A DNA stretch of 64,000 nt, taken from positions 59 to 64,058 of the forward strand of contig JAYZBQ010000098.1 of assembly GCA_036338695.1 (NCBI GenBank), read 5' to 3'. Origin of the DNA: Myxococcota bacterium. GTDB taxonomy: Bacteria > Myxococcota > UBA4151. Shown here piece by piece: positions 9,694-19,424 of this stretch (its first letter is position 1; every line of letters begins with the position of its first letter). A program made the position numbers and the translations under genes. The notes under the pieces are model-generated. The model was not told the DNA's origin and made no database searches. It saw nothing but the letters and a program-made list of their open reading frames with translations.

Positions 9694-11571
9694 ATGCCGA
9701 TACCGGAGCATCTGCGAGAGGGACTAGAGGGGTTGCCGCGGCAGCCCGGGTGTTACCTGATGCGCAGCGCCAGCGACGAGGTCGTGTACGTCGGCAAGGC
9801 GAAGTCTCTGCGGGCGCGCGTGCTGCAGTATTTCAACGGGCATGACACGCGCGCCTTTGTGGCTCAGATCGATCGGGTGGTGCGCCGGATTGATTGGATC
9901 ATCACGGCGACCGAGAAAGAGGCGCTGCTGCTCGAGTCGACGCTGATCAAGAGGCATCGGCCGCGCTTCAACGTGATGCTCAAGGACACCGAGCGCTCGG
10001 TCTTGCTGCGCGTGGCGCGGCATCATGACTACCCGCGCGTGGAGGTGGCGCGGCGGCGGCGCGATGACGACGCTCGCTATTTTGGCCCGTACGATTCCGC
10101 TGGCCAGCTGCGGCGCATGTTGGGGGTGCTCGAGCGCTATTTCCGCCTGCGGACCTGCCAGGACGCCGAGTTTGCGCGGCGGCAGCGGGTCTGTATGGAG
10201 TTCGAGATCGGTCGCTGCAGCGGGCCCTGCGTCGTCGACTCGGCGCGCCAAGAGTACGCCGACCAGGTCCGAGAGGTGGTCTGGTTTCTGCGCGGTCGGA
10301 CCAAGCCGCTGATCCAGTCGATGGAGCGGCGCATGGCGCGAGCTGCCGAGGTGCTCGAGTTCGAGCGAGCGGCTCGCCTGCGCGATGACGTCTCGGTGAT
10401 CCGCGGCGCGCTCGAGCGGCAGGTCGTCGTTCAGGAGCGCACCGTGGACCTCGACGCCGTCACCTTGCAGCGCGACGGCGACCTCGTCGTGGCGCTGGTC
10501 TTACCGGTGCGAGCCGGCGCGGTGATCGGCAAGCACACCTCGGTCTGGCGAGGCATTGAGCTTGACGACGCGGAGACCCTGCGCGGGTTCTTGCTGGCTT
10601 ATTACGACGTCGAGGGGGGCTCGGCTGAGGTCCCGCCAACCGTGGTCTTGGATCAGGCGCCTGCCGAAGCGGACGAGCTCGCCAGCTGGTTGAGCGACCG
10701 GCGCGGGACGCGCGTGACCTTGCGGGTCGCGAAGCGCGGCTCGGCTCAAAAGCTGCTGACCATGGCGCGCGAGAACGCCCGCGATGAGCTCAAACGCGTG
10801 GCGGCTCAGGCGAGCGAGCGGCGGCGCGCGCTGGAGCGTCTGCAGCGTGCGCTGAGGATGAGCTCGCCGCCTGAGACCATCGACGGGCTCGACATCTCGA
10901 CCTTTCAAGGACGCGACACGGTGGGGGGCAAGGTCCGCTTCATCGACGGCAAGAAGGCGACGAAGGGTTATCGCACGGTGCACATTCAAGGGACTGCGCA
11001 AGCCGACGACTTCAGCGCCCTTCGGCAGGTCGTGCAGCGCCTGTACGGCAAGCACCCGGAGGAGCTGCCGGACCTTTTGATGATCGACGGCGGACGCGCA
11101 CAGGTTGGTGCCGTGGTCAAAGCGTTTGAGCAGTGCGGGCTCGAGCCGCCGGCGCTGTGCGGCCTCGCCAAGGCGCGCCGGCTCGAGGACGGACGCGGCT
11201 TTGACGGTGACGAGGTCATCGCGCCGGAGATGGTGGGTGAGGCGCGGTTTAGCCGCGAGCGTGTGTTCGTACCCAACCGAAAAAACCCTCTACGCTTGAG
11301 CGACAGCGACGCCGGCTTAGCGCTGCTGGTGCGCGTGCGCGACGAGGTCCACCGCTTCGCGATCAAGGCGCACCGAAAGCTCAGACAGAAGCGGCACCAC
11401 GGCTCCGCATTGGACACCATCCCGGGCGTCGGACCGCAGCGTCGCAAGGCGCTCTTGCGCGCCTTTGGCTCGCTCAAAGGCGTCTCTCAAGCCACGACGG
11501 AGGCGCTGGCGTCTGTCGACGGGATCTCGCCAGCGCTGGCGGCGCGTATTCGAGAGGCGATCGGGCGCTGA
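9694..11571 (+). CDS. uvrC: Excinuclease ABC subunit C
   Basis: GIY-YIG N-terminus (PGCYLMRSASDEVVYVGKAKSLRARV), a UVR motif (EFERAARLRD) and a C-terminal (HhH)2 (IPGVGPQRRKALLRAFGS). GGAG lies 6 nt before the ATG at 9694. Confidence 0.92.
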   Translation: MPIPEHLREGLEGLPRQPGCYLMRSASDEVVYVGKAKSLRARVLQYFNGHDTRAFVAQIDRVVRRIDWIITATEKEALLLESTLIKRHRPRFNVMLKDTERSVLLRVARHHDYPRVEVARRRRDDDARYFGPYDSAGQLRRMLGVLERYFRLRTCQDAEFARRQRVCMEFEIGRCSGPCVVDSARQEYADQVREVVWFLRGRTKPLIQSMERRMARAAEVLEFERAARLRDDVSVIRGALERQVVVQERTVDLDAVTLQRDGDLVVALVLPVRAGAVIGKHTSVWRGIELDDAETLRGFLLAYYDVEGGSAEVPPTVVLDQAPAEADELASWLSDRRGTRVTLRVAKRGSAQKLLTMARENARDELKRVAAQASERRRALERLQRALRMSSPPETIDGLDISTFQGRDTVGGKVRFIDGKKATKGYRTVHIQGTAQADDFSALRQVVQRLYGKHPEELPDLLMIDGGRAQVGAVVKAFEQCGLEPPALCGLAKARRLEDGRGFDGDEVIAPEMVGEARFSRERVFVPNRKNPLRLSDSDAGLALLVRVRDEVHRFAIKAHRKLRQKRHHGSALDTIPGVGPQRRKALLRAFGSLKGVSQATTEALASVDGISPALAARIREAIGR

Positions 11572-11640
11572 CGAGCGTGACCGGTTGATCGCTGCGGGCG
11601 TGTCACGCACAGTGGCTGGGGCGGCAGCGAGAGGACCGGT

Positions 11641-13080
11641 ATGAACGCCACGGCGCCACAAGCCAGCACCCTACGCCGTATCACGCTGGCGCCCTTGTTC
11701 GTGCTGGTGCGGTGGCTCGCCGGGCGCTTGGTGACGGTCTTTTACCGCGAGGTGAAGCAGACCGGTCGGCAACGTGTGGCGGCGCAGACGCCGCTGCTGA
11801 TCGCAGCGAACCACCCCAACTCGATTATGGACCCCATCGTCCTGATGACCTCTTTTGAGCGCCCCGTGCACTTCTTGGCGCGCGCTGGGCTCTTCCGGTT
11901 CGGCCCGGTGCGTTGGTTGCTCGAGACCTTTCATGCGATCCCGGTACAGCGCCGCCAGGATGGCGGCGATATGGGCGCCAACGCCAGCATGTTCGCCGCC
12001 ACGCATGCCGTGTTTGAGCGAGGCGGCGTGGTGGGAATTTTCCCGCATGGTCACAACGTCGAGGAGCGTAAAATCGACCCGATCCGCAGCGGCGCTGCGC
12101 GCATCGCGCTGGGCGCCGAGGCGGCGCATGGCTGGTCGCTGGGGCTGCAGATCGTCCCGGTGGGGATGAACTATGAAGACCGCGACCGGCTCGCGTCGCG
12201 GGTGTTGATCCATTGGGGCGAGCCGATCGTCGTCGCCGACTATGCGCAGGGCTATGCGCGCGCCCCGCGCGAGACCGCCGCTGCGCTGACGCAGGAGCTG
12301 TTGCAGCGCATGCGTCACTGTGCGGTGCACTTGACCGAGGCGGTCGACCGAGACGTTCACGAGCGCGTCCGCCAGGTCTACGCCCATCAGCTGCATCGAG
12401 ACCTCATCGGCGATGAGCAGACCCTAGAGGATCGATTCTTTCTTGAGCGGCGGATCGGCGAGGCGATCGCTTGGGGCCGGGAGGCGATCCCTGAGCGCGC
12501 TCAGAGGCTGGTCGAGACGATTCAGGCGCACACGACCTTGATGGATCGAGTCCACCTGCGAGAGCGCGTTTTTCGCGGCGGTCAAGCGGAGCAAAAGCTC
12601 CGCCGCCGCGCCGTGAGCTCGACCCTGCGCATGTTCGCCGGGTTACCGTTTGCGCTGTGGGGTTATGCGCACAACGCCCTCCCTTATCACCTGACGCGCC
12701 TCTCGGCGCGCCTCGCGCCCGAGGCGGCGATCATTGCGGTCACGGCATTTGGCGCAGGGATTCTGTGGTTTGGGCTCTGGTACAGCGCCGTGGGCTATGC
12801 CTTGTACGTCCTGACAGGGGGCGCGCTCTGGGTGCTCGTCTATGGGGTGAGCATCCCGGGCTCGGGGCTGTTCGCCTTGGGTTATCTCCGGTGGCTGCGT
12901 CGGGTGCGCCATGAGCTGCTCGCAGGGTTGATCCTACGGCGGCGGCCTGCCTTGCTGGAGCGCCTGCGGCGCGAGCGGGTCGCCATCTTGGAGGAGCTCG
13001 ACGAGCTGCGTGATCAGTTCGTGGAGGAGACCGGCGGCGAGCTCACGGCGTATCTAGCGAAGCGATCTTCTGAGCCGTGA
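11641..13080 (+). CDS. Lysophospholipid/glycerol-3-phosphate acyltransferase family protein with a C-terminal membrane domain
   Basis: HX4D motif in AANHPNSIMD. C-terminal TM segments IIAVTAFGAGILWFGLWYSAVGYALYVL. 479 aa. Confidence 0.7.
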   Translation: MNATAPQASTLRRITLAPLFVLVRWLAGRLVTVFYREVKQTGRQRVAAQTPLLIAANHPNSIMDPIVLMTSFERPVHFLARAGLFRFGPVRWLLETFHAIPVQRRQDGGDMGANASMFAATHAVFERGGVVGIFPHGHNVEERKIDPIRSGAARIALGAEAAHGWSLGLQIVPVGMNYEDRDRLASRVLIHWGEPIVVADYAQGYARAPRETAAALTQELLQRMRHCAVHLTEAVDRDVHERVRQVYAHQLHRDLIGDEQTLEDRFFLERRIGEAIAWGREAIPERAQRLVETIQAHTTLMDRVHLRERVFRGGQAEQKLRRRAVSSTLRMFAGLPFALWGYAHNALPYHLTRLSARLAPEAAIIAVTAFGAGILWFGLWYSAVGYALYVLTGGALWVLVYGVSIPGSGLFALGYLRWLRRVRHELLAGLILRRRPALLERLRRERVAILEELDELRDQFVEETGGELTAYLAKRSSEP

Positions 13081-14644
13081 ACGGGTCGTGCTGAGCGATG
13101 GCGCGCAGCCACAGGGCGTGCTGCTCCTCGCACTCAGCCGGCGACCAATGGAGCAGCTCGCCGACCGCCTCGGTCAGGGCGCGCGTGTGGCCCTGCCAGG
13201 GCAGGTTTTCGGTGGTGAGCATGGTGCGCCGAGCGAAGAGGTCGTCCAGCGTTGCGGCGTACTCGTGCGCAGTGGCGTGCAGGACCTCAGCTTTGATCAC
13301 GGGTAAGCCCTCGACGAGCGGTTCACCTAGGGTCGGGTCTGCGGCGACGGCATCGAGCAGGGGCCTGCCGTAGGGTCCGTAGACGCGAGCGATGCGCTCG
13401 AACAAGGCAGGCGCCAGCGCCCCGGGGCGATCGGCGTCGGTGAGCGCAGGCATCCACTCGGCTTTGCTGCGGGTGCTCTGGCTGCGCTTGATCCCGAGGA
13501 TCTTCATCGCTCGCGTGACCGCCTCTTCGGCGAGGCTGCGGTGGGTGGTGAGCTTGCCGCCGAGCAAGGTGATCAAGCCGCGCTCGCCGCGCGCCGACTT
13601 GGCGTGCACCACCTCATGGGCGCGGCTGACGGCGCCCTCTTTGACCCGGGGCCCGCTCTGGCGAACCAAGGGTCGGATCCCGGCGCGGGTCAGGATGATG
13701 TCGTCGTGGCTGTAGTTGGCGTTCGGCAGCAGCAGGTTCGCCTCGTCGAGCAGGTAGTCGATCTCGTCGTCGGTGGCGTACCAGTGGTCGGGTTGATCGT
13801 GGTAGATGTCGGTCGTGCCGACCCAGAGGGCGTCACCCCACGGGATCAGGAAGAAGGGGCGCCCGTCGCTGCGCGCCTGGACGTAGAGCCCCGAGGCCGG
13901 GTGCCCGGTGCGGCGCGGGAGCATGATGTGGCTGCCGCGGGTCGTGTGCAGCATCGGCGCGGCGCGCGACTCGGAGCGTTGCATCAGCTGGTCAACCCAG
14001 TGACCGGTGGCGTTGATCACCAAGGGCGCATACAGCAGCCGGCCGTCGCTGAGCTCGACGCCCACGACGCCGGTCTCGTCTCGGATGATGGCCTCTACAC
14101 GGACGCCCAGGTCGAGGCTGGCGCCCGCATGGACGGCGTCGGTCATGAGCTCGACGACTAGGCGTTCAGGGTATTGCACCTGGGCGTCGACGTAGCGCAG
14201 CGCGCCGCGCAGGGCGTCCCGACGAAACCCCGGGAATTTGCGGCGCAACGTCTCGGCGCTTAGGCGGCGGACCTCGCCGCCAAAGGGGCGGCCCGCCATC
14301 GCCTCGTACAACCAGAGCCCGAGCCGTAAGGTCGCAATCCAGTGCGGGTCGCCTTCTTGCACCGCCAGCTGGAGCTCGAGCTCGGTGACCCGCCAGGGAC
14401 GCTGCCGCAGCAGCAGCTCGCGCTCGCGCAGCGACTCGAACACCAAGCCGAACTCGAGGTAGTCAAGGTAGCGCAAGCCTCCGTGGATCAGGCGGGTCGA
14501 GCCGGCGCTGGTGCCGTAGCAGAGGTCGCGCGCCTCGATGAGGTGCGGATGCAGCCCGTTGAGGGCGGCTTCACGTGCCACCGCGACCCCGTTGATCCCA
14601 CCACCGATGATGATGAGGTCTGCGTCTTGATGCCCCGTGCTCAT
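13043..14644 (-). CDS. glpD: FAD-dependent glycerol-3-phosphate dehydrogenase
   Basis: DLIIIGGGINGVAVAREAA (FAD dinucleotide fold), GTSAGSTRLIHGGLRYL. The ATG at 14644 overlaps the upstream gene's stop (ATGA). Confidence 0.88.
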   Translation of the reverse strand: MSTGHQDADLIIIGGGINGVAVAREAALNGLHPHLIEARDLCYGTSAGSTRLIHGGLRYLDYLEFGLVFESLRERELLLRQRPWRVTELELQLAVQEGDPHWIATLRLGLWLYEAMAGRPFGGEVRRLSAETLRRKFPGFRRDALRGALRYVDAQVQYPERLVVELMTDAVHAGASLDLGVRVEAIIRDETGVVGVELSDGRLLYAPLVINATGHWVDQLMQRSESRAAPMLHTTRGSHIMLPRRTGHPASGLYVQARSDGRPFFLIPWGDALWVGTTDIYHDQPDHWYATDDEIDYLLDEANLLLPNANYSHDDIILTRAGIRPLVRQSGPRVKEGAVSRAHEVVHAKSARGERGLITLLGGKLTTHRSLAEEAVTRAMKILGIKRSQSTRSKAEWMPALTDADRPGALAPALFERIARVYGPYGRPLLDAVAADPTLGEPLVEGLPVIKAEVLHATAHEYAATLDDLFARRTMLTTENLPWQGHTRALTEAVGELLHWSPAECEEQHALWLRAIAQHDPFTAQKIASLDTP

Positions 14645-15894
14645 CGTCGCTCGAGCTCTCCTGTGACGCACATCGCGGCGGTGCAGATCGAGCCTGCCGC
14701 GTTGCCGTCTTGGTCTTCAAGCTCGCTGCACGCAAACCCGCGCGGGCAATCCTCTTGGGCGCGGCAGCCCAGCGCACAGGATTTACCCAGGCTGTTGCCG
14801 TCTCGGTCTTGGTACTCGATGCACAACGAGTCGGTCCCGTAGCGGCTGGCCGGGGAGCAGTCGTCGCTGTTGTCGCAGGGCGCACAGAAGCCATCTGGGA
14901 AGTCAAAGCAGCTGCCCTCTTCCACGCCGGCTGGGCACGCCTCACCGGCGTCATCGAGACCGTTCACGCAACAGAACTGCCCGAGCCCGCAGTCGAGCTC
15001 CTTGGTCCGGCAGGGGCGGGGGACGCAGCTGCCCTCGCGGCAGATCTGCATGGACGAGCAGTGCTGGTCGGTCAGGCAGCCGTCCCGGCACTCTCGGCTG
15101 TCGGTGTCGCAGTAGATGCCAAAGCGCGGTGGGCAGTCGGCGTCGCTCGAGCAGCCCGGGAGGCGGCAGCGGCTGTCCCGGCAGCTAAAGCCGTCAGCGC
15201 ATTCCGCGTCCGAGGCGCAGCCGGTCCCGCACCGGCCGTCATCATGGCACACCTGATTGCCGGCGCATGAGCCGGGCTCGCAGCGCGGGCGGCAGAGCCC
15301 CGTGATGACGTCGCAGGTGCCCCGGTCTGGGCAGTCCGTGTCGGCGCGGCAATAGGCGACGCAGAGCCCGGGCTCGCCTTGACGCTGAGCGCAGAGAAGC
15401 CCCTGCGGGCAGTCGCTGTCTTCCAAACAACCCATGGGCGTTCCGCAGGCCTCCGGCAGGCAGAACCCGCCAGGGTCTCGAACTAATCCCGCCGGGCATT
15501 CGCGCGCCGAGCTCTCCAGCGCACAGACCCGCCCGTCGCCTTGTTCGACGCAGGGGTTGGGCAAACCACTGACCGGGTCCAAGCCGCATTGGCGCTCGGT
15601 GTCGCATGGGGCGCAGAGCGGGCGCGCCCGCCGGCAGACACCGGTCTCACAGCGCTCACCCGCTTCGCAGTTGAAGTCCTGCGAGCAGGCGGCGCCGTCG
15701 ACGCATTCGCCGAGGTCACCGCAGCGCTGGCCATCATCACATTCATCGTCATAGCGACACTGCTGGCGCGCCGTGGTGCCGCCGGTTGCGGACCCCGAGT
15801 CTGCCGCTTGGGCTGCGCCGCCATCGGCGGTCGATGCGGGGTCAGCGCTGGTGCACGCTGTCAGCGCCAAGGCGGAGAGGACGATCATGCGCAT
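14641..15894 (-). CDS. Cysteine-rich repeat lipoprotein
   Basis: Signal peptide and lipobox MRMIVLSALALTAC. About 9 repeats of the form C-x2-D-x-D/E-C-x2-G-x2-C (for example CRADTDCPDRGTC, CASDAECADGFSC). Confidence 0.75.
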   Translation of the reverse strand: MRMIVLSALALTACTSADPASTADGGAAQAADSGSATGGTTARQQCRYDDECDDGQRCGDLGECVDGAACSQDFNCEAGERCETGVCRRARPLCAPCDTERQCGLDPVSGLPNPCVEQGDGRVCALESSARECPAGLVRDPGGFCLPEACGTPMGCLEDSDCPQGLLCAQRQGEPGLCVAYCRADTDCPDRGTCDVITGLCRPRCEPGSCAGNQVCHDDGRCGTGCASDAECADGFSCRDSRCRLPGCSSDADCPPRFGIYCDTDSRECRDGCLTDQHCSSMQICREGSCVPRPCRTKELDCGLGQFCCVNGLDDAGEACPAGVEEGSCFDFPDGFCAPCDNSDDCSPASRYGTDSLCIEYQDRDGNSLGKSCALGCRAQEDCPRGFACSELEDQDGNAAGSICTAAMCVTGELERR

Positions 15895-15944
15895 AAATCG
15901 GTTCCTTGCATTCTCTTGCGGGGGTCCCCTAACGCATAAACACC

Positions 15945-16436
15945 ATGCATCCGAAGAACATCTTCAAGTTACGCCCGCTCGCGCTCGTCCTCGGCAGCCT
16001 CCTCGCTGTCTCGGGTCCCTGCCACCTGATGAACTCGTGGCATCAGCGCACGATCGACCAGCGCCTCGTCGACGACGGGGTCGAGGTCACGGCTGCGGTG
16101 GTGGAGCTGCACAGCGGGCAGCACACCGGCGCGCGGTCCGCCGGCTCGGGGGATGCGCACTGCCGCTGGCAGGTGGCTTTTGAGGACATGACCTGCAGCG
16201 AGATCTTCGCGCTGCCTTGCCCGAGCCAGGTGACGCAAACGCCGATGATCTTTCTCCCAGGCGACCCCTCGACCTGCAGGGTGCTGAGTCGCGCCGCGGT
16301 CTTGGCTGAGCTCGAGGCGCCCTCGACGCACGGGCTGGGTTGGCTGATCACTGTGGTCGGCTTTGGGCTGGTCGTCGGCGCTCGGCGCAGGCGCGCTGAG
16401 CGCGACCCTCAAGTGCCGCTCAAAGAGTCTATTTGA
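15945..16436 (+). CDS. Hypothetical membrane protein (N- and C-terminal TM helices, DUF3592-like layout)
   Basis: LRPLALVLGSLLAVSG near the N-terminus and GLGWLITVVGFGLVVG near the C-terminus. 163 aa. Confidence 0.5.
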   Translation: MHPKNIFKLRPLALVLGSLLAVSGPCHLMNSWHQRTIDQRLVDDGVEVTAAVVELHSGQHTGARSAGSGDAHCRWQVAFEDMTCSEIFALPCPSQVTQTPMIFLPGDPSTCRVLSRAAVLAELEAPSTHGLGWLITVVGFGLVVGARRRRAERDPQVPLKESI

Positions 16437-16497
16437 GCCACCTTGCGGCGGTTTTTGGGCTGTGGCAGGCAGGAGAGACCAAGAGGGGGAGAGCTCT

Positions 16498-18285
16498 ATG
16501 AGCCAGGAGTCGTTGGGGCTGTTTGACGCGCTCGAAGAGACCGAGTCCAGCGAGCCCGTGGCGGCGGAGCCGGCGCAGGTCGCGGCCACCGAGGCGCCAG
16601 CCCAGGCTGAGGCGGTCGATGAGGAGCCCGAGGAAGCCGCCGAGCCGGCTGCCAAAGCCAAGCCGAAGCGGCGCTCGAACGCTCGGGCGATGGCGAAGGG
16701 GCAGCGAGCGATCTCGATCTCCGAGTTCTTTACCAAGAACCGGCACCTGCTCGGGTTTGACAACCCGTCGAAGGCGCTCCTGACGGCGGTGCGTGAGGCG
16801 GTCGACAACTCGCTCGACGCCGCCGAAGAGGCGGGTATCTTACCGGACATCACCGTGGAGATCTCGCCGGTCAAAGGGCACTCGGACCGCTATCGGATGC
16901 TGGTTCGAGACCTGGGCCCTGGGATCATCAAGCGCCAGATCGGTAAGATCTTTGGCAAGCTCCTCTACGGGTCCAAGTTTCACCGGCTCAAGCAGAGCCG
17001 CGGGCAGCAAGGGATCGGGATCTCCGCCGCAGGGATGTATGCGCAGATCACGACGGGGCGTGACATCGAGGTGATCTCGAAGACCGGTCAGCGACGACCC
17101 GCCAACCGGGTGGTGATGCGCATCGACACCAAGCGCAACGAGCCAAAGTTCAAGAGCGAAGAAGAGGTCGACTGGGACTACGACCACGGCACGCAGATCG
17201 TGATGGTTATGACCGCTGTGTACAAAGGCGGAAAGCACGGCGTCGCCGAATTTTTGCGCCAGACGGCGCTGTCGAACCCGCACGCGCACATCGAGTTTCA
17301 GCCGCCCAAGGGTGAGCGGATCGTGTATGAGCGGCAGGTCCACGAGTTGCCCATCGAGCCGGTCGAAATCCAGCCTCACCCGCACGGTGTCGAGCTCGGG
17401 ATTCTGATGCGCATGATGGCGGACACCAAGCGGCGTAACCTCACCGACTTCTTGCGTGAGGAGTTCTGCCGAGTCTCAAGCCGGGTGGCCGAAGAGATGA
17501 TCGGTGACGCGGCAAAGAAAATTCCAGACCGCAGCCGCTCGCAGTTGATCCGCCGCAACCCCAAGATGATGCAGCGCCACGAAGCCGAGGCGCTTTACCA
17601 GGTGATGCAAGACACCAAGCTGATGTCGCCTCCGACCAACTGTCTGAGCCCGATCGGCCCGGACGCGATGATCAAGGGGTTGTTCTCCTTGTTCGACCCA
17701 GGCGAATTCGCCGAGGACGAGTTCTTCGTGACCAGCGAGACGCGCTCGCCGGCCGTGTATCGTGGCAACCCGTTCCAGGTCGAGGTGGGGATCGTTCATG
17801 GAAAGGGGCTGCAGGGCGACACGCAGGCGGAGGTGTTTCGCTTCGCCAACCGAGTGCCGCTGCAGTACCAGTTCGGCGCCTGCGCAGTCACTAAAGCGGT
17901 GACGTCGCTCAACTGGCGGCAATACCATCTTCAGCAACCACGTGGCGGCCTCCCGATCGGGCCGATGGTGGTGGCGGTGCACATCGCCTCGGGGTGGGTC
18001 CCGTACACGTCGGAGTCCAAGGAGGCGATTGCGCATTATCCCGAGATCCTCGCTGAGCTCCGGCTGGCGCTGCAGGTCTGCGCCCGGCGCCTCGCGAAAC
18101 ACATCAAGCGCAAGCGGCGCGCCGCCGACGAGCTCAAGAAGCGCGCCTACATCTCAAACTACGTCGGCCCGATCGCTGAGGCGCTCGACGAGATCCTCAA
18201 GCTACCCGAGGGCGAGACCTCGGCGATCGAAGGGCACCTCGAAGCGATCATCACCGAGACCCGTGGCGGAGACATCAAAGCATGA
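16498..18285 (+). CDS. top6B: DNA topoisomerase VI subunit B
   Basis: Bergerat-fold motifs: N-box REAVDNSLDAAEE, G1 RDLGPGI, G2 GQQGIGISAA, and SISEFFTKNRHLLGF. A purine-rich RBS precedes the ATG at 16498. The stop overlaps the top6A start (ATGA). Confidence 0.88.
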   Translation: MSQESLGLFDALEETESSEPVAAEPAQVAATEAPAQAEAVDEEPEEAAEPAAKAKPKRRSNARAMAKGQRAISISEFFTKNRHLLGFDNPSKALLTAVREAVDNSLDAAEEAGILPDITVEISPVKGHSDRYRMLVRDLGPGIIKRQIGKIFGKLLYGSKFHRLKQSRGQQGIGISAAGMYAQITTGRDIEVISKTGQRRPANRVVMRIDTKRNEPKFKSEEEVDWDYDHGTQIVMVMTAVYKGGKHGVAEFLRQTALSNPHAHIEFQPPKGERIVYERQVHELPIEPVEIQPHPHGVELGILMRMMADTKRRNLTDFLREEFCRVSSRVAEEMIGDAAKKIPDRSRSQLIRRNPKMMQRHEAEALYQVMQDTKLMSPPTNCLSPIGPDAMIKGLFSLFDPGEFAEDEFFVTSETRSPAVYRGNPFQVEVGIVHGKGLQGDTQAEVFRFANRVPLQYQFGACAVTKAVTSLNWRQYHLQQPRGGLPIGPMVVAVHIASGWVPYTSESKEAIAHYPEILAELRLALQVCARRLAKHIKRKRRAADELKKRAYISNYVGPIAEALDEILKLPEGETSAIEGHLEAIITETRGGDIKA

Positions 18286-19424
18286 GCAAAGCGAAAAAAG
18301 ACGTCGCCAAGATGACGCCTGAAGAAGCCGACAAGGCGACGGTCGAGGCGATCAATAAGGTCGCGAAAGACATCTACAAAGACATCAAGAAGGAGCGCGC
18401 ACCCGAGCTCGTGAGCCCGCAGCGCTCGCTCAAGAACGTGCGGCCCTTTCGCAAGCGCATCGGCTTCCTCGAGCTCGGCGACAAGAAGAAGACCCGCACG
18501 CTCTCGGTCAACACGGTCAAAACCTTTGCCCAGAGCCTCAAGATGATGGGGCTCAGCAAAGAGTTAGTGCAGACCAACGACTTCGCCACCAAAAGGGACG
18601 CCTATTACCAGAGCAAGAACTGGGGGACCGCGGCGTTCAAGGACCAGCCCGAGTCCGACACGGTCATGGACGATATCGAGGCGATGATGAGTCGCTACGG
18701 GCTGGGGCGGGAGCACCTGCGCTACGTGCCAGATGAGCACGGCGGGAGCGTCGCCGGCGCCCTCAAAGTGCACGACCGCGACCTCGAGACCGGCGAGCCG
18801 GAGGTGATCGACTGCACGCGTTTTGGGTCGGGCGCCTACTCGATCCCGTCTTGGGTCGAGCACCTCGGCTTCGAGACCGACGCCGAGTTCATCCTGTGCG
18901 TCGAGACCGCTGGTATGTTCCAGCGGCTTCAGAGCCATAAGTTCTGGCGCAAGAAAAACTGCATCTTGATCTCGCTCGGTGGTGTGCCGTCGCGCGCCTG
19001 CCGCCGCTTCGTGCGTCGCCTGAGCGAGCAAGCGGATATCCCGGTCTACGCCTTCGTGGATTGTGACCCTTACGGCATTGCCAACATCTACCGCTCGCTC
19101 AAAGTCGGCAGCGGCAACGCCGCCCACGTAAACCACCTCTTCTGTGTGCCCAAGGCGCGCTTCTTGGGGGTGACCCCCGAGGACATCAAGAAGTACAAGC
19201 TGCCGACGCATCCGCTCAAAGAGATCGACATCAAGCGAGCCAATGATGCGCTCGAGAACGACCCGTTCTTTAAGGCGCACCCACGCTGGCAAAAGGCGAT
19301 CAATGGCTTGCTCAAGATGGGGGTGCGTGCCGAGCAACAGGCGCTCGCACGATGGGGTCTTAACTACGTGATGGAGGAGTACCTCCCCGAGAAGCTCGCC
19401 GACCCGAAGAAGTTTCTCCCCTAG
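18282..19424 (+). CDS. top6A: DNA topoisomerase VI subunit A (Spo11-type)
   Basis: Candidate catalytic Tyr in KRDAYYQS. Toprim Glu in ILCVETAGMF and DxD in FVDCDPYGIANIY. Confidence 0.9.
   Translation: MSKAKKDVAKMTPEEADKATVEAINKVAKDIYKDIKKERAPELVSPQRSLKNVRPFRKRIGFLELGDKKKTRTLSVNTVKTFAQSLKMMGLSKELVQTNDFATKRDAYYQSKNWGTAAFKDQPESDTVMDDIEAMMSRYGLGREHLRYVPDEHGGSVAGALKVHDRDLETGEPEVIDCTRFGSGAYSIPSWVEHLGFETDAEFILCVETAGMFQRLQSHKFWRKKNCILISLGGVPSRACRRFVRRLSEQADIPVYAFVDCDPYGIANIYRSLKVGSGNAAHVNHLFCVPKARFLGVTPEDIKKYKLPTHPLKEIDIKRANDALENDPFFKAHPRWQKAINGLLKMGVRAEQQALARWGLNYVMEEYLPEKLADPKKFLP

Noticed and set aside
16363-16497. The upstream part of the top6B ORF (track start at 16363).
   Set aside because: It overlaps the 3' end of the preceding membrane-protein gene and encodes non-protein-like sequence. 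ATG 16498 has a purine-rich RBS.
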